Positions 34,396 through 47,061 of a stretch of 64,000 nt of DNA are shown here, one piece after another. The stretch lies in the NCBI GenBank assembly GCA_010093815.1, contig ML996569.1. One strand, given 5' to 3'. Each line of letters begins with the position of its first letter. Position 1 is the first letter of the stretch. The notes below the pieces were generated by a model. It searched no databases. It worked only from the letters and a program-made list of their open reading frames with translations, and was not told the origin of the DNA. A program made the position numbers and the translations under genes. The DNA comes from Pseudovirgaria hyperparasitica. Its lineage: Eukaryota.

Positions 34396-37300
34396 ATGGT
34401 TTCGACTGAGAAGTCATCGAGTGTAGCTCGAAGCTCGTCGGATATATCCGAGATATCGTCCGATGATGGAGCTGCGGGTTTCAAATCTTACCTAGTGAGT
34501 AACATCGTGATGTATTGTCCACTGTTCAGCTGTTTACATAGATATCAGCGCGTTTTTTCCTACGCAGATGGATTCAGCTGGTTCTTGAACGTACTAGGCA
34601 CCTTTGCTGCCATAGGTTCAGGCAGTGTTCTACCTTTGATGGACCTCATCTTTGGCAAAACTGTCACAACATTCAACGATTTCGGCATAGGTGCAATCAG
34701 CCCTGCAGAGTTTCGATCGAGGTCCGTCGACTGGACACTCTACTTCATCTACCTCTTCATTGCCAAGTTTGTCCTTACCTATGTCTGGAGCCTCTGTTTC
34801 AACCTTGCGGCCCTTCGAACAACCAAAGCACTCCGCATCCACTTCCTCCAGCAAACTCTACGGCAAGACATTGCATTCTTCGACGAGGAAGGCAATGGCT
34901 CCATTTCAATTCAGGTCACAACCAACGGCAATCTCATCAATACTGGTATATCAGAGAAAGTTGGTCTCATCATCCAGGGGGTCGCCACCTTCGTCGCTGC
35001 TTTTGTTATCGCCTTCGTTGTGGATGCAACCTTGACCGGCATCACGTTGGCTGTTGTACCCACTATTGTCATATCAATGGTCGTCGGCGTCATAGTCGAG
35101 ACGATCCAGGAAGGGCGAATCCTAGCGTTCTACTCCTCCGCCGGCCAAGTGGCCGAGGAGATTGTAGCAAGTATGCGAACCGTTCATGCATTTTGGGCAC
35201 ACCCAGCACTTGGTGGGAGATACAATTCGCTGCTAGACAGCGCCAGAAAAGAAGGAATGAAGAAGTCTCTGAATATCGCCTGTTACTACTGCGTCGAATT
35301 CTTCTGCATATACGCAGGCTATGGACTCGCCTTTTGGCAAGGGATCAGGCGCTACGCTCGTGGAGAGACGTCACAACCAGGCAGCATAGTAACGTATGTT
35401 CAGTCCTCTCAGACCTCCCAAGACATTTCTGACGGCCAACAGTGTCATTTTTGCAGTAATACTAGCGGCAACGGCCATAACCCAAGTTGCTCCCCAGCTG
35501 ATGCATCTTTCCAAAGCGGCTTCTGCGGCGGGTGCGTTGTTCAAAGTCATCGACCGAAAGCCATCCATAGATGCATTATCCAATTCAGGTAAAAGACCAG
35601 CAAAATGTGACGGTACAATTGATATCAAAGGGCTTAAATTTGCCTATCCCAGCCGCCCTAATGTTCACGTTCTCCAGGGGATGGACCTCACGCTACCTGC
35701 TGGGAAGACTACTGCATTAGTTGGAGCAAGTGGTTCGGGAAAAAGCACTATCATTGGATTGATCGAGCGATGGTATAATCCAATCGAAGGGTCAATAAGT
35801 CTTGATGGGTGTCGCATCGAAGAGCTGGACATTGAGTGGCTTCGCACAAACATCAGGCTTGTACAACAAGTACGTCTCCGGACAGACCATGCGTCCAAGT
35901 CTTTGACTAACAGGCTGCAGGAACCTGTATTGTTCAATGTGACGATTTTCGAGAACGTGTGCTATGGGTTGGTTGGTACTGAATGGTATAAAGCCTCTGA
36001 GGAAAAGCAGATGGAGCTTGTCCAGAGTGCCTGCAAAGCCGCATTCGCTCATGACTTTATTGAAACGCTCCCAGAGGTAGTCCCCCGCAAGAACTTCTCG
36101 AAATCTCCCCACTGACCCTTTCAGGGATACCATACCCATGTTGGCGAGAGGGCTGGTAGACTCTCTGGTGGACAGAAGCAACGCATAGCCATCGCTAGAA
36201 GCATCATATCCAATCCAACCGTGCTACTACTGGATGAGGCTACTTCTGCGCTCGATCCGAAGGCGGAATCGGTCGTACAGGACGCACTTGACAACGTGTC
36301 CGCTCAAAGAACCACCTTGATCATTGCCCATAAGCTCTCCACAGTCCGAAAGGCAGACAATATTGCTGTGATGTCTGCGGGAGTGATCATCGAACAAGGC
36401 ACGCATGACCAGCTTTTGGAGATCCCTGATGGCGCATATGCTCGTCTGGTCAAAGCACAAGACCTCGGCAAAAAACATGACGGTGGACTCATTACTGATG
36501 ACGAAGAAATCCGCCGCGGCGAAGAGAACATGCAGCTGCTCCGAACCAAGACTACAGAAGTCCAAGTCGAAAGTTTTTCCGATGATCCGTCAACGCCGAA
36601 AAGGAGTATGGGGTATGGACTGCTAAAATGCATTTACTTAATCATCAAGCAGCAGAGATCTTTGTGGCTGTTATTCTTCCTCGTTCTTATTGATGGTACA
36701 CTCGGTGGTAAGCACAAGCCATCTTCGTAAGGCAGATCGTACCTGATGTGTACTTTAGGTCTCGCGTACCCGGCGCTAGCCATACTGTTTGCTAGGAGCA
36801 TAACTGCTTTCACTTTACCGCCAGATGAAATGGTCGACCAGGGCGACTTTTACGCACTGATGTTCTTCATTGTCGCCATAGTAATTCTGCTGGCTTACTT
36901 CAGCATGGGTTGGTGGACAAATCAAATTTCCCAGGTGAGTAATCCGGATTCCGCTGCAAGAAGTTGTTCTTAACGATCGTTGAAAGATTCTCACATACAA
37001 TTATCGTTCACAAATGTTTCATGATACAATCAGACAGGACATGAGTTTCTTTGACAAGCCAGAAAACACCGTGGGTGCAATCGTGTCACGGCTGTCAAGC
37101 CAACCAACACATGTTCAAGAGCTGCTCTCCATGAATGTCGGGATTATCATAGTGGCTATGGTCAATGTTGTATCCAGTAGCATCCTTGCCATAGCTATCG
37201 CTTGGAGACTTGGACTCGTCGTTGTGTTCGGTGCGCTCCCCGCACTTTGTTTCTTTGGCTACCTTCGGATTCGACTGGAGTTCGCCCTTGACGATGCAAT

Positions 37301-38498
37301 CACACAACGGTTTGCAGACAGTGCTGCTTTGGCTGCTGAGTCTGTATCTGCTATCCGAACTGTGGCATCACTTGCCCTCGAGCGCACAATTCTGGACAGA
37401 TACCGAGATAGCCTTGCTTCTATCGAGCAGCGCTCCGCAAAATTCCTGCTCTGGACCATGTTCTGGTTCTCCTTATCTCAGGCAGTCAATCTTCTCGCCA
37501 TGGCACTAGGCTTCTGGTATGGATCCAGACTTATCTCCTTCGGGGAATATGACCTCCAGCAGTTCTATATTGCATTCCTCTCTGTGCTCTTCTCAGGCGA
37601 AGCAGCAGCACAATTCTTCTCATACTCCACCAGTATTACAAAGGCCGTTACCTCGGCCAACTATATCTTCTGGCTCAACGCCCAGGTTCCAAATGTCCGC
37701 GAAATAGGTCCTAACTACGGGCCAACAGACTCCGATACCACCGATGAGTGCAGAGGCGCATCCATCCAGGCTCAAGATATCCAATTTGCATACCCCGAAC
37801 GTCCCAACATCCCCGTACTCCGGGGCGTCTCTGCAACTGCAAGACCCTCTCAATCAATTGCTTTCGTTGGCCCCTCGGGCTGTGGCAAGACGACCATGAT
37901 CGCCCTTCTCGAACGCTTCTACGACCCTGCCTCCGGCCGCTTCCTCTTCAACAAGCAGGACATCAGCACACTATGTCCGCGTGCATACCGCACTAACATC
38001 GCGCTCGTACAGCAAGAGCCCACATTGTACGGCATGTCGATCGCGGACAACATAGCACTCGGCAGCCATGGCACCGCAACAGAGGTTGAAATCGAAGACG
38101 CGTGTCGCAAGGCGAATATCTACGACTTCGCGGCCTCACTTCCGGACGGACTGCGTACGTTGTGTGGAAAGAGTGGCACGCAGCTGTCTGGCGGACAGAG
38201 ACAGCGTATTGCGATCGCGCGAGCGTTGATACGTAAGCCGAAGCTGTTGTTGCTGGACGAGGCGACAAGTGCGCTTGACACGGAGAGCGAAAAGATTGTC
38301 CAGGATGCGTTGGAGAAGGGCAGTGAAGGCTGTACCAAGGTCGCGGTTGCGCATCGTTTGAGTACGGTCAAGGGGTGTGACTGTATATTTGTGTTTGCCA
38401 AGGGCAAGGTTGTTGAAAGGGGAACACATGAGGAGCTGATTCGGCGGAGGGGGGTTTATTTTGAAATGTGTCTTGGGCAGGGGCTTGATTCGGCGTAG
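34396..38498 (+). CDS. Full-length MDR-type ABCB transporter (TMD-NBD)2, multi-exon
   Basis: [12 protein letters not shown]1 [36 protein letters not shown]2 [30 protein letters not shown]. Divergent from the Zn2Cys6 gene. Confidence 0.95.
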
Positions 38499-38952
38499 GT
38501 GGACGATGTTGTCCGTCAAGCGGGTCTTTCTCACGTCATGTATAGAGTATAGACGTTGTGCGTTCAGTAATACTATACAAAGTCAAGAACGCGTCTTTAA
38601 AGCAGCCCTTCCAGCACTTTCCCACCTTGAATCTGTTACAGCCCGCTTCACTGCCAAACAAGCCCACCGTATCTCGGGTCCCTCTTTCAAGATCCTATGC
38701 AGCCTCATATACGCCCTGATATAATACGACTAACCAGCAATCATAGTTTCAAGTAATTACAGCTTCGGCACGGAGCATCAGGTAGCGATCGATGTATAGA
38801 GAATCACATAGCATCCAAAATACATGTTGTTCGAATTCACGACGTGTTCGTTATGACATCCCTGCTGAGAAATCTTGTAATTGAGATATATCTATGTTCC
38901 ATTCATAAGAGGGGGAACCACGATTAACCCCCAAAAATGCTAATCAAATAGT

Positions 38953-40566
38953 TCACGGGAATGGATCATATTCACGTACTCCCGCACACACTCCATCCAC
39001 CTCAATACCATCGATATGCTGCACAGCCTTGCCATTGGCACCAAAGCGCAGCATATCACCGCCATTCGGCTCACTCACAACTTGAGGCCGCCAGCCAAAG
39101 GCTTTCTGGGGCCCATTGTATGGGTCCTTGACGAAACTCATGATATGGTCCTGTATCGACTGGCTGACTTCAACCTGGAAGTCTGTGGTATTAGCTACAT
39201 GGTCCAGAAGTCCGTATGTGCCAAACACCATTGGCGTTTCGCTATTATGGTACGCGCCAAGCCAGTCATACACATTCAAGTTGGGAAAGACGCCGGCGTA
39301 TTGGAATCGAAAGACTGGTGCATCGGGAAGCTGGTTCCGACGTGTTGTTGCGTTTAACATCGTACACACCGCGGCAATATCTCTGCTTGTGACGGCAGCC
39401 TGCCACGGGCCCTCGGTCAGATTATCTTTTGGCCACGGCGCCAATGAGGAGAACTCGTTGGCTGTGAAGGATATCATGCTTGGTCGACGTGCAAGCTTAC
39501 CTGCCTTGGCTCGCGCTTCGTAGTCGCGGAACACGATCCGGTCATCGGGAACAACGCTAAACGAGAGCGCAGGCTGCTCCGCCCGGTCGCCATACCGGCC
39601 GATGAAGTTCGAGATCTGAGCGGACGAGACCAGACGCATGCAGTCCAGCTCTGCGGCACCGTCTTCGTCCTCACATGCAGCGCCACAGGGCGCTGCGCAG
39701 CCAACATGTCGCGCTACGAAGCTAAAGTTTGAGTGCGTGGGGTCCTCCGCCAGACCGGAAGAAACGGTGCCGGACTCGAGATAGTAGGATTGCGCGATTG
39801 GGTCTGCGTGGTAGGCATAGGCGTGGATGTCGGCGCTGATGGAACCTGCCGAGCGGCCCCAGTGCATGATGCGCGTTGGATTGCCTCCGAACGCGGCGAT
39901 GTTGTCGCGGATCCATTCGAGAGCGAGGCGTTGGTCGAGGATGCCGAGGTTTTGATCATTGCTGGCTAGGCCACGCGCGTTGGGGAAGCCGAAGATGTTG
40001 ACGCGGTAGTTGATGGTGACGATGATGGAAGACTGAGACCGCTCGGCCCACGTCGTTGGGATCTGCCATGGGAGCTCGATGCCGCCTATTACGAAGCCGC
40101 CTCCGGTCATGAAGAATTGGACTGGAAAGCCGTTCTTAGGTGGCGCCTTTGTCGGTGCCCATACTGCGAGATATAGGCAATCTTCGGACGTTGCCTCGCC
40201 GACGAGCCCGGATGTATCGTTCTGGGCGCCATTGTATATCAAGTTACCTTTGGTCAGGGGCAGGTTCCACATTGACTCCACTGCGGTCACGAATTGCGGA
40301 CAGGATGGCGGGAACTTTGTGGAGTAGCGATGTATGCTTGGCGATGGGGGGAGTTTCTGCGGACGAAGCCAGCGGCGGGATGCGACAGGAGGCTCTGCAA
40401 ATGGTATTGCTCGCCATTGTCGTGTATTGGGATATTCGGAGTCGATAAGACCAGTGAAGGTGCCCGTCGATGTCCGCACAGTAAGCTTGCTATGGGCGTC
40501 TGAGCAGTTACTCGTTGCCGTCGCTGGCAGAGCGAGGAGAGCCAGCGAGAGAGCGGAGAGCCGCAT
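38953..40566 (-). CDS. Secreted type-B carboxylesterase/lipase (intronless)
   Basis: Signal peptide; IPFAEPP; SEDCLYL; oxyanion GGGF; NYRVNIFGF; nucleophile elbow GRSAG; NEF; GAYHNSE. Confidence 0.92.
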   Translation of the reverse strand: MRLSALSLALLALPATATSNCSDAHSKLTVRTSTGTFTGLIDSEYPNTRQWRAIPFAEPPVASRRWLRPQKLPPSPSIHRYSTKFPPSCPQFVTAVESMWNLPLTKGNLIYNGAQNDTSGLVGEATSEDCLYLAVWAPTKAPPKNGFPVQFFMTGGGFVIGGIELPWQIPTTWAERSQSSIIVTINYRVNIFGFPNARGLASNDQNLGILDQRLALEWIRDNIAAFGGNPTRIMHWGRSAGSISADIHAYAYHADPIAQSYYLESGTVSSGLAEDPTHSNFSFVARHVGCAAPCGAACEDEDGAAELDCMRLVSSAQISNFIGRYGDRAEQPALSFSVVPDDRIVFRDYEARAKAGKLARRPSMISFTANEFSSLAPWPKDNLTEGPWQAAVTSRDIAAVCTMLNATTRRNQLPDAPVFRFQYAGVFPNLNVYDWLGAYHNSETPMVFGTYGLLDHVANTTDFQVEVSQSIQDHIMSFVKDPYNGPQKAFGWRPQVVSEPNGGDMLRFGANGKAVQHIDGIEVDGVCAGVREYDPFP

Positions 40567-41992
40567 ATTAGACAGAACTGCCTTGTTTGACTCTCAGAGC
40601 ACTTGAAGTTCTTGGTTCAAGGAGAAATATCGATTCTTGCTTATATACTGGCTAACAAAGGCCGTTTCCAGCAGGTAAACTCGTTTAATCCCACGTGATG
40701 CGGATCCTGCAGGTAAGGATCACTGGCGTCTTAGTATTGCTCGGCGTATCGTAATCTTTGGGTACTTGAGGTCCTCCCGTAATACATACTGATGGTACGA
40801 ATAGAGTCCCATGTAAGTGACGTCTGAGGCTGACCTACCTGTTCTAAGGTCGTCCATGTCGAGAAAGGGGCTGGAGGCATTGAATCGCACATATACTGGA
40901 GATGTAAGATTAGATCACGCACGAGACCACCGGGGAATTCGCTTTGCAGAAATGACTCCACATGTATCATGGTTGGGAAGCGATGAATATCTCGAAGGCG
41001 ATGATGGAGTGTGAAGCGTTGCTTCACGAATGACATGTAAAGGGGGTTCGCTGTGCGCTAGGCCGAAAACACCGAGTTTGCCATGCAGGGATTTATGTTT
41101 GCCATGGATTGTAGATGTGTACACTACATAACACGCTTCACCGTATCTTTGAATTTCTCCTTGCTCATCCTTACTTCCGTCAGTCTGCCAACGCGGAGGC
41201 TCTCGGTGAGGACTGAGTCATTCGAAACCGTTATGGCACCCGTGCTTGGACGTGGCTGATAAGGCGGATCGAGCATTAGCATGTCAGGCATTGTGATATC
41301 GGATGAACCTCGTGGATATATGTTGCAATTACTTACTCCTGCCGTTCCACATATATGGTTAATCACAGGTTGCTCCAAATACGAGCAGATTTTGAAGAGA
41401 CCGATTTTCGCTTCAGTGACAATCTGTACGATAATAGCTTTCACAGCGCTACCAACGTCGAGTGAATGATAACAGCGAGCACATCATTCTGGTTAGAGGA
41501 TGTGAGATCGATATAATTGATAGTTTTGCTTCGTTCATGGCGCAACGTTAATAGTCCACAACGAGAGAAGGTCGTGATAGGGGAAGAAGGAAAGACAAGG
41601 GTTCTAAACATAAGGCGGTGGTCAGTTCTGTACATTGAATAGCATAGTTGAGTCAAAATCAAACATGGAGCTCAGGGTGGCTTGGAATCAACGATCAAGA
41701 GTGATGTGTGAATCAGGGGAGTCGTTGGACCCTGGAGTATCGTGACGGGATTGGTGCCTGAGGCAACCAAAACGTGGGGATGCGAGGGGCAGCTCTGAAA
41801 ATGGCCGACCGGAGTTTGACTCACGATCTTGACTCACGAAACAGCCGAAGTTGTCAGACTCACTTACCGTGCACGCGACCTGCGCATTCCCTGGGCACAC
41901 GACAGAGAAATATATAATCTTCGTTCCTTCAATTCACCCTATTCCAGTCCATATCTCACATCTCCGTTCCAGCCTCTGAGCTTCATCGCGCC

Positions 41993-43992
41993 ATGGCGGC
42001 GACCGAGCAAAAGATCCTACCTCAACCAGGGAAGAGGAATATCCTTATCACGAGCGCTCTTCCCTACGTGAACAACACGCCTCACCTGGGAAACATCATT
42101 GGAAGTGTATTATCGGCCGATGTCTTCTCCAGGTCAGTTCACAATCCGAAGCTTCCCACGCCTGGCAAAGCTGAAGTTACCACAGATACTGCAAAGCCCG
42201 CGGCTGGCCGACCCTCTACGTATGCGGAACGGATCAATACGGTACTGCGACCGAAACAAAGGCGATTGAAGAGGGGGTTACTCCGGCAGAGCTGTGTGCC
42301 AAGTTCCACAAGATACATTCTGAGGTCTACCAATGGTTCAATATTGCCTTTGACATCTTCGGCAAGACCCCGACCAAGCAGCACACAGAGATTTCTCAGG
42401 CCATGTTCTTAACGCTAAGGGATAAAGGTTACCTAGAAGAGAAGGTCACTATACAACCGTACTGTGAAAAGCATGAATCGTTCTTGGCAGATCGGTTCGT
42501 AGAAGGAGAGTGCCCGCTTTGTCACTACGCAGATGCTAGGGGAGATCAGTGCGATAAGTGTGGTAAGCTTCTAGATCCACTAGAACTAATCAAACCTCGG
42601 TGCAAACTGGACGGAGCAAGCCCTGTGCCGAGAGAGACAACACACGTGTTCCTGTTACTGGACAAGCTACAACCAATGATCGATGAGTGGTCCCAGAAAG
42701 CATCGAAAGACGGCGCATGGTCAGCAAATGGATGGAGTATCACGAAGAAATGGCTAGATGAGGGCTTGAAACCAAGAGGTATCACGCGTGATTTGAAATG
42801 GGGAGTACCAGTGCCGGTTGCGGGTTTGGAAAACAAGGTCCTGTATGTGTGGTTCGAAGCTTGCATTGGGTACCCGAGTATCACTGCGAACTATACCGAC
42901 GAGTGGGAGAAATGGTGGAGAAATCCGGACGACGTCCGCCTATATCAGTTCCTAGGAAAAGACAACGTTCCATTTCACTCCGTCATCTTTCCCGGATGTC
43001 AATTAGGAACGGGCGAGACATGGACAAAGCTCCATCATCTTTCCACCACCGAGTATCTCAACTACGAAGGAGGAAAATTCTCCAAGAGTCGTGGTATCGG
43101 CGTCTTCGGCAACAACGTTCAGGAAACTGGTGTTTCAAGCGATGTCTGGCGTTACTACCTCCTTTCCCGTCGTCCAGAGACCGGCGACACTGAATTCGAG
43201 TGGACCGCCTTTATTGCAAGCAACAATAACGAGCTCCTCAAGAACCTCGGTAACTTCGTCAACCGCATCATCAAGTTTGTAAACTCAAAGATCTACAACT
43301 CGAAGATTCCCGACTACGCTGACTACGCCGCTCTTGGCGACTACTATACCGAGCACCTTCGTGCTGCGAATGCCATTCTCACACAGTATAATGAAGAAAT
43401 GACGGCAGTGAAGCTACGCGCAGGTCTCGTTACTGCTCTACATTTCTCGGATCTTGGCAACAAGTTACTCCAGGATAACCGCATCGACAACAAACTTGCC
43501 GAGAACGAGCCAGAGAAATGTGCCGCTGTCGCGGGATTGGCCATCAACCATGTCCATCTCCTTGCCAGCCTCATCGAGCCATATATGCCCGGTACAACAG
43601 CCTCCGTGCTCTCGCAATTACAGTCCACGCTCCAAATCATCCCGGACACATGGACGCCAAATACTATACCCGCTGGCCACACCATTGGCAAAGCAGCATA
43701 CTTATTCAGTCAGATCAAGCCCGAGAAGGAGAAGGAGTGGCGCGAGATGTTTGGCGGTACTGCCGCGCTCGAAGCAAAACGCGAGGCTGCAGAGAAAGCA
43801 GCAAAGAAGAAGGCGGACAAGGAGAGGAAGAAGGCGAAGAAGGCAGAGCAGCAAAAAGCTGCCCAGGAAGCCGGTGTGGAGCCAAGTGTCGAGGCCACGG
43901 AGAAGGGTACGGACCAGGGCGTCGGAAGTGACAAGACGGCTGTCGAGGAGGTCACAGAGGGCGTAAAGCAAGCGGTGTTGCAGAGCTCTTGA
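41993..43992 (+). CDS. MES1: Cytosolic methionyl-tRNA synthetase (2 exons)
   Basis: [19 protein letters not shown] (HIGH-type motif); intron 42133-42185; Zn knuckle CPLC...[26 protein letters not shown]; Lys-rich C-terminal extension. Confidence 0.95.
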
Positions 43993-45394
43993 ATGTAATT
44001 GTGGAGTCAGAGGGCGTGGCGCGGCATGGCGTGGCGTAGAAGGTAGGCGGTAGGCGGTAGTGGATTCTGGATGCATGGCGTGGATGTTGAGATGACATGT
44101 ATGACGATCGTCTTCTTCGCATGTTTGGGTTTCGATGGTCGAATGCATTTGCAAGGGATGTTTGGTTCGATCAATGTAGTTGAGGAAAAGTCTCATCTGT
44201 ACGTATGGAGTTAAAGACCCAGCATGATATGGTTCAACCGACTTGGGCATGGTCTTCGTATCAATGAAGCGTTTTTGGAATGAACTGAGAGCCTGGACTG
44301 ATTCACTGATGAGAGGACTGTGGTGTCGGTTACATATGAAGCCTGGATTCAGCCCTGTAGAGTCTTAGATATCAGACAAGACCTGGGCTTCTTAGCTCGT
44401 CGTGCGTAGAGGATTCACAGGTAATTCTGACGCTGAATCTTGTGCCTAGGGAGGTGAGATGAGATGACATCTTGAGAGTCTGGTATCCTAGGACATATAA
44501 CATGTTTTACTAGACTATTCAATAGCTAACATTATTCGACTATATGAACAGTTATCAGCACTTGCCCTAACCTCTCAACATCGAGCTTTCAGACGGGGGG
44601 CACTCAGCTAAGGAATCTAGTACTCACTTGTTACGTCAAGTCAGCGGCATTATGGACACAAGTTCTCTCCTGTGGATCAGAGTTCGACTCCAGAAGAGGC
44701 TTGTACATCAATAATCCGCAGCTTAGCATATGTCCCACTCAGAAATAAGGGAAATTCATAAAGCAGTAACTCGGAATCAGGTAACACAACGAAAAGGTCA
44801 GAATGTGACGTCAATAAGCTGGAGCAGCATCTTTGCTTGACTAGAAATTGAAAGTTTGATGGTCACTTGCGCATTAGGAGGAATGGGCTGCTGGCGAGGT
44901 CTGTTTTGTTGTTTTCGTTGTTCACTGGGGCGTTGTTCACTCGCGGATTGTTCACTGTGCTGAGGTGATGTACTGAGGAGACAGTGATCTGTCCGGGGCT
45001 TGAGGAGGTCAAGTTCTTAAGTTAGTATGGGTGTCTCCGGTGTCCCATGACGGTGATTACCTGACCGGCGAGACTTAAGAAGCTTTGTTAATGGTACACG
45101 CAACTTCCGGAAACATTGGCTGACTGTATCATGCGAGTACCGCTTGGTTGTGATATTCCCGCCAAGGAATTGCCGGCAACACTGTTCACTATGGCGGATG
45201 GTGTTTTCACGTGCAGTAGTGAAGTATATAAACATTCTTTGGAAAAACTCAAACCTAGATGACTCGTTTGACGTCAAGTACCCATTTGCAAGGTCCAATA
45301 TTCTTCTTCGCTCATACAATCCCGGCGAAAGCCCTCAGATGCGCTCTATCAACTGCTGGAAAAGCAGTTTCTTAATCCCATACCCCCTGAGAAC

Positions 45395-46306
45395 ATGCCG
45401 AACCACAGAGGCCAAGATGAGGCCATCAGCCCAGCCCCAAGATCATCCAAGTATTCTCTCTGGCAGCGCACTCCAAAGTATCAAACGCCCCCTCCACGCG
45501 CACCATACCCTCCGTCGCATCCCAACTTATTCGGACCTTACCCAGCCACGTCCAAACCAGACCAAGGCGCCATCCACATCCACGCACCCACACAGCAGAA
45601 CCCAGCCTACGCCTTCACATTTGACCTCCAACCTCACGACGGACTGACTCGCGGCACCCACCTACAGCTCCAATATGCCCTCACAGCCGACGGCCACGGC
45701 ATCAACCTCTCCACTCAACCCCGTCCTTGGAAAAGCTTCAAGATCCAAAACACCGGCGCCGCACACCCCTGCGACTTTGTCTACACCACAAACATCATCG
45801 ACAACGTAGCCTTCATCCTCATCACGATCTGCTACGCCGGCGACGCGCCCCCGCCACCGCACGACCAGAAGATCTACTCCGAGGACCTCTACTTCCACGG
45901 CCTCGTCTGGGGCGAGGATAAGGAGGGAACAGGCAACGCGCCATTTCGCGCCGTGTACATGGTGTACGACGGGATCATGAACAATGTGATTGCGGACGCG
46001 ATGAAGGATGCGTATGATCTGGCGAGCCGGTTCTACGGCGTGGACGGGCATCTGATATGGTGTGAGAAGCGCGGGGATACGGGGTATGACGAGGCGATGG
46101 AGGCGGCGAGTGCGAAGGTGCTGGGGACGACGTTTGGACGGGCGGCGGTGCGGATGGTGGAGAAGTTTGGGGCGAGGGCGGAGATGAAGGGGTTGGGGGT
46201 GCGGTCGGTGAGGGTTGGGGTGGAGCGGATGTGTCCGACGCCGGATCGGTTTATGATTGTTACGTTGATGGAGAAGGGCTCGAGTCGGGTGGAGAGGGTG
46301 GGTTGA
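45395..46306 (+). CDS. Hypothetical protein, 303 aa, intronless
   Basis: Long ORF with strong third-position C then G bias; Pro-rich N-terminus and globular-looking C-terminus; no named family. Confidence 0.65.
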   Translation: MPNHRGQDEAISPAPRSSKYSLWQRTPKYQTPPPRAPYPPSHPNLFGPYPATSKPDQGAIHIHAPTQQNPAYAFTFDLQPHDGLTRGTHLQLQYALTADGHGINLSTQPRPWKSFKIQNTGAAHPCDFVYTTNIIDNVAFILITICYAGDAPPPPHDQKIYSEDLYFHGLVWGEDKEGTGNAPFRAVYMVYDGIMNNVIADAMKDAYDLASRFYGVDGHLIWCEKRGDTGYDEAMEAASAKVLGTTFGRAAVRMVEKFGARAEMKGLGVRSVRVGVERMCPTPDRFMIVTLMEKGSSRVERVG

Positions 46307-47061
46307 TTCTAGGGGTTCTGTGGCTAGCTTCTTGTGTTTATAGTTTCGGTGAGACAGGTGTCGAGGTGGTCTAGATGCATGGGTCTAGGGTTGACATGCC
46401 TCGAGATTCCTGATCTGGATCTCATTGATACAGCTTCTATAAAGGTTGACATGGTTGGACTGTGCTTGGTGATGTCGACAACGGAGACCTCGGGATTAAG
46501 ATTGGACAGAATCGCATGATAGTGTTCCATGACATGAAGAGAGCAGAGTAGTGGGCATGGTGTGGTTCGCGAGCACGTTGGAAGGTGGAAGAAGGACGAG
46601 CGAGTAAGATTCTCTTGGCCGAGACAATCGTTGAGGAATCTTCCGTTGGGATCTCTTTGGTTTAGGGGGTATCACTGGATGGCGTTTCGTCAGCGGTTCT
46701 AAGCTTTGTTAGGAGACCAGAGAGGTGTAAGAAAGCTCGTGAACCGTTGAATATAGAGGGAGGTACGTGTCGAGGTCTCATATATAGGGTCTTGGGAGTT
46801 GATCATGAGTCTTGTCTATCTATGCCGTATCGAGCCGTCGCAATTGGTATGTGTTAAGGTCGCATGTAATACCCAGAAACTTTGCTCTACCGATACGCCT
46901 GCCAGGTAGCACGTATCTTCAATTTAGCGAAGGACAGAAGTAGGGTCGGACGACATATGTGACGCGTTTTCGGGATTATTGATTTCTAGAATGAAATGAT
47001 CCTTGGTTACAGATATTCATTTTCGAGAATTCGATCCTAGACGTGACGTTTTGATTGATCA

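Noticed and set aside
40567..41900. Several 60-106 aa ORFs between the esterase and MetRS
   Set aside because: No codon bias, motifs or consistent splice structure; treated as divergent promoter region.
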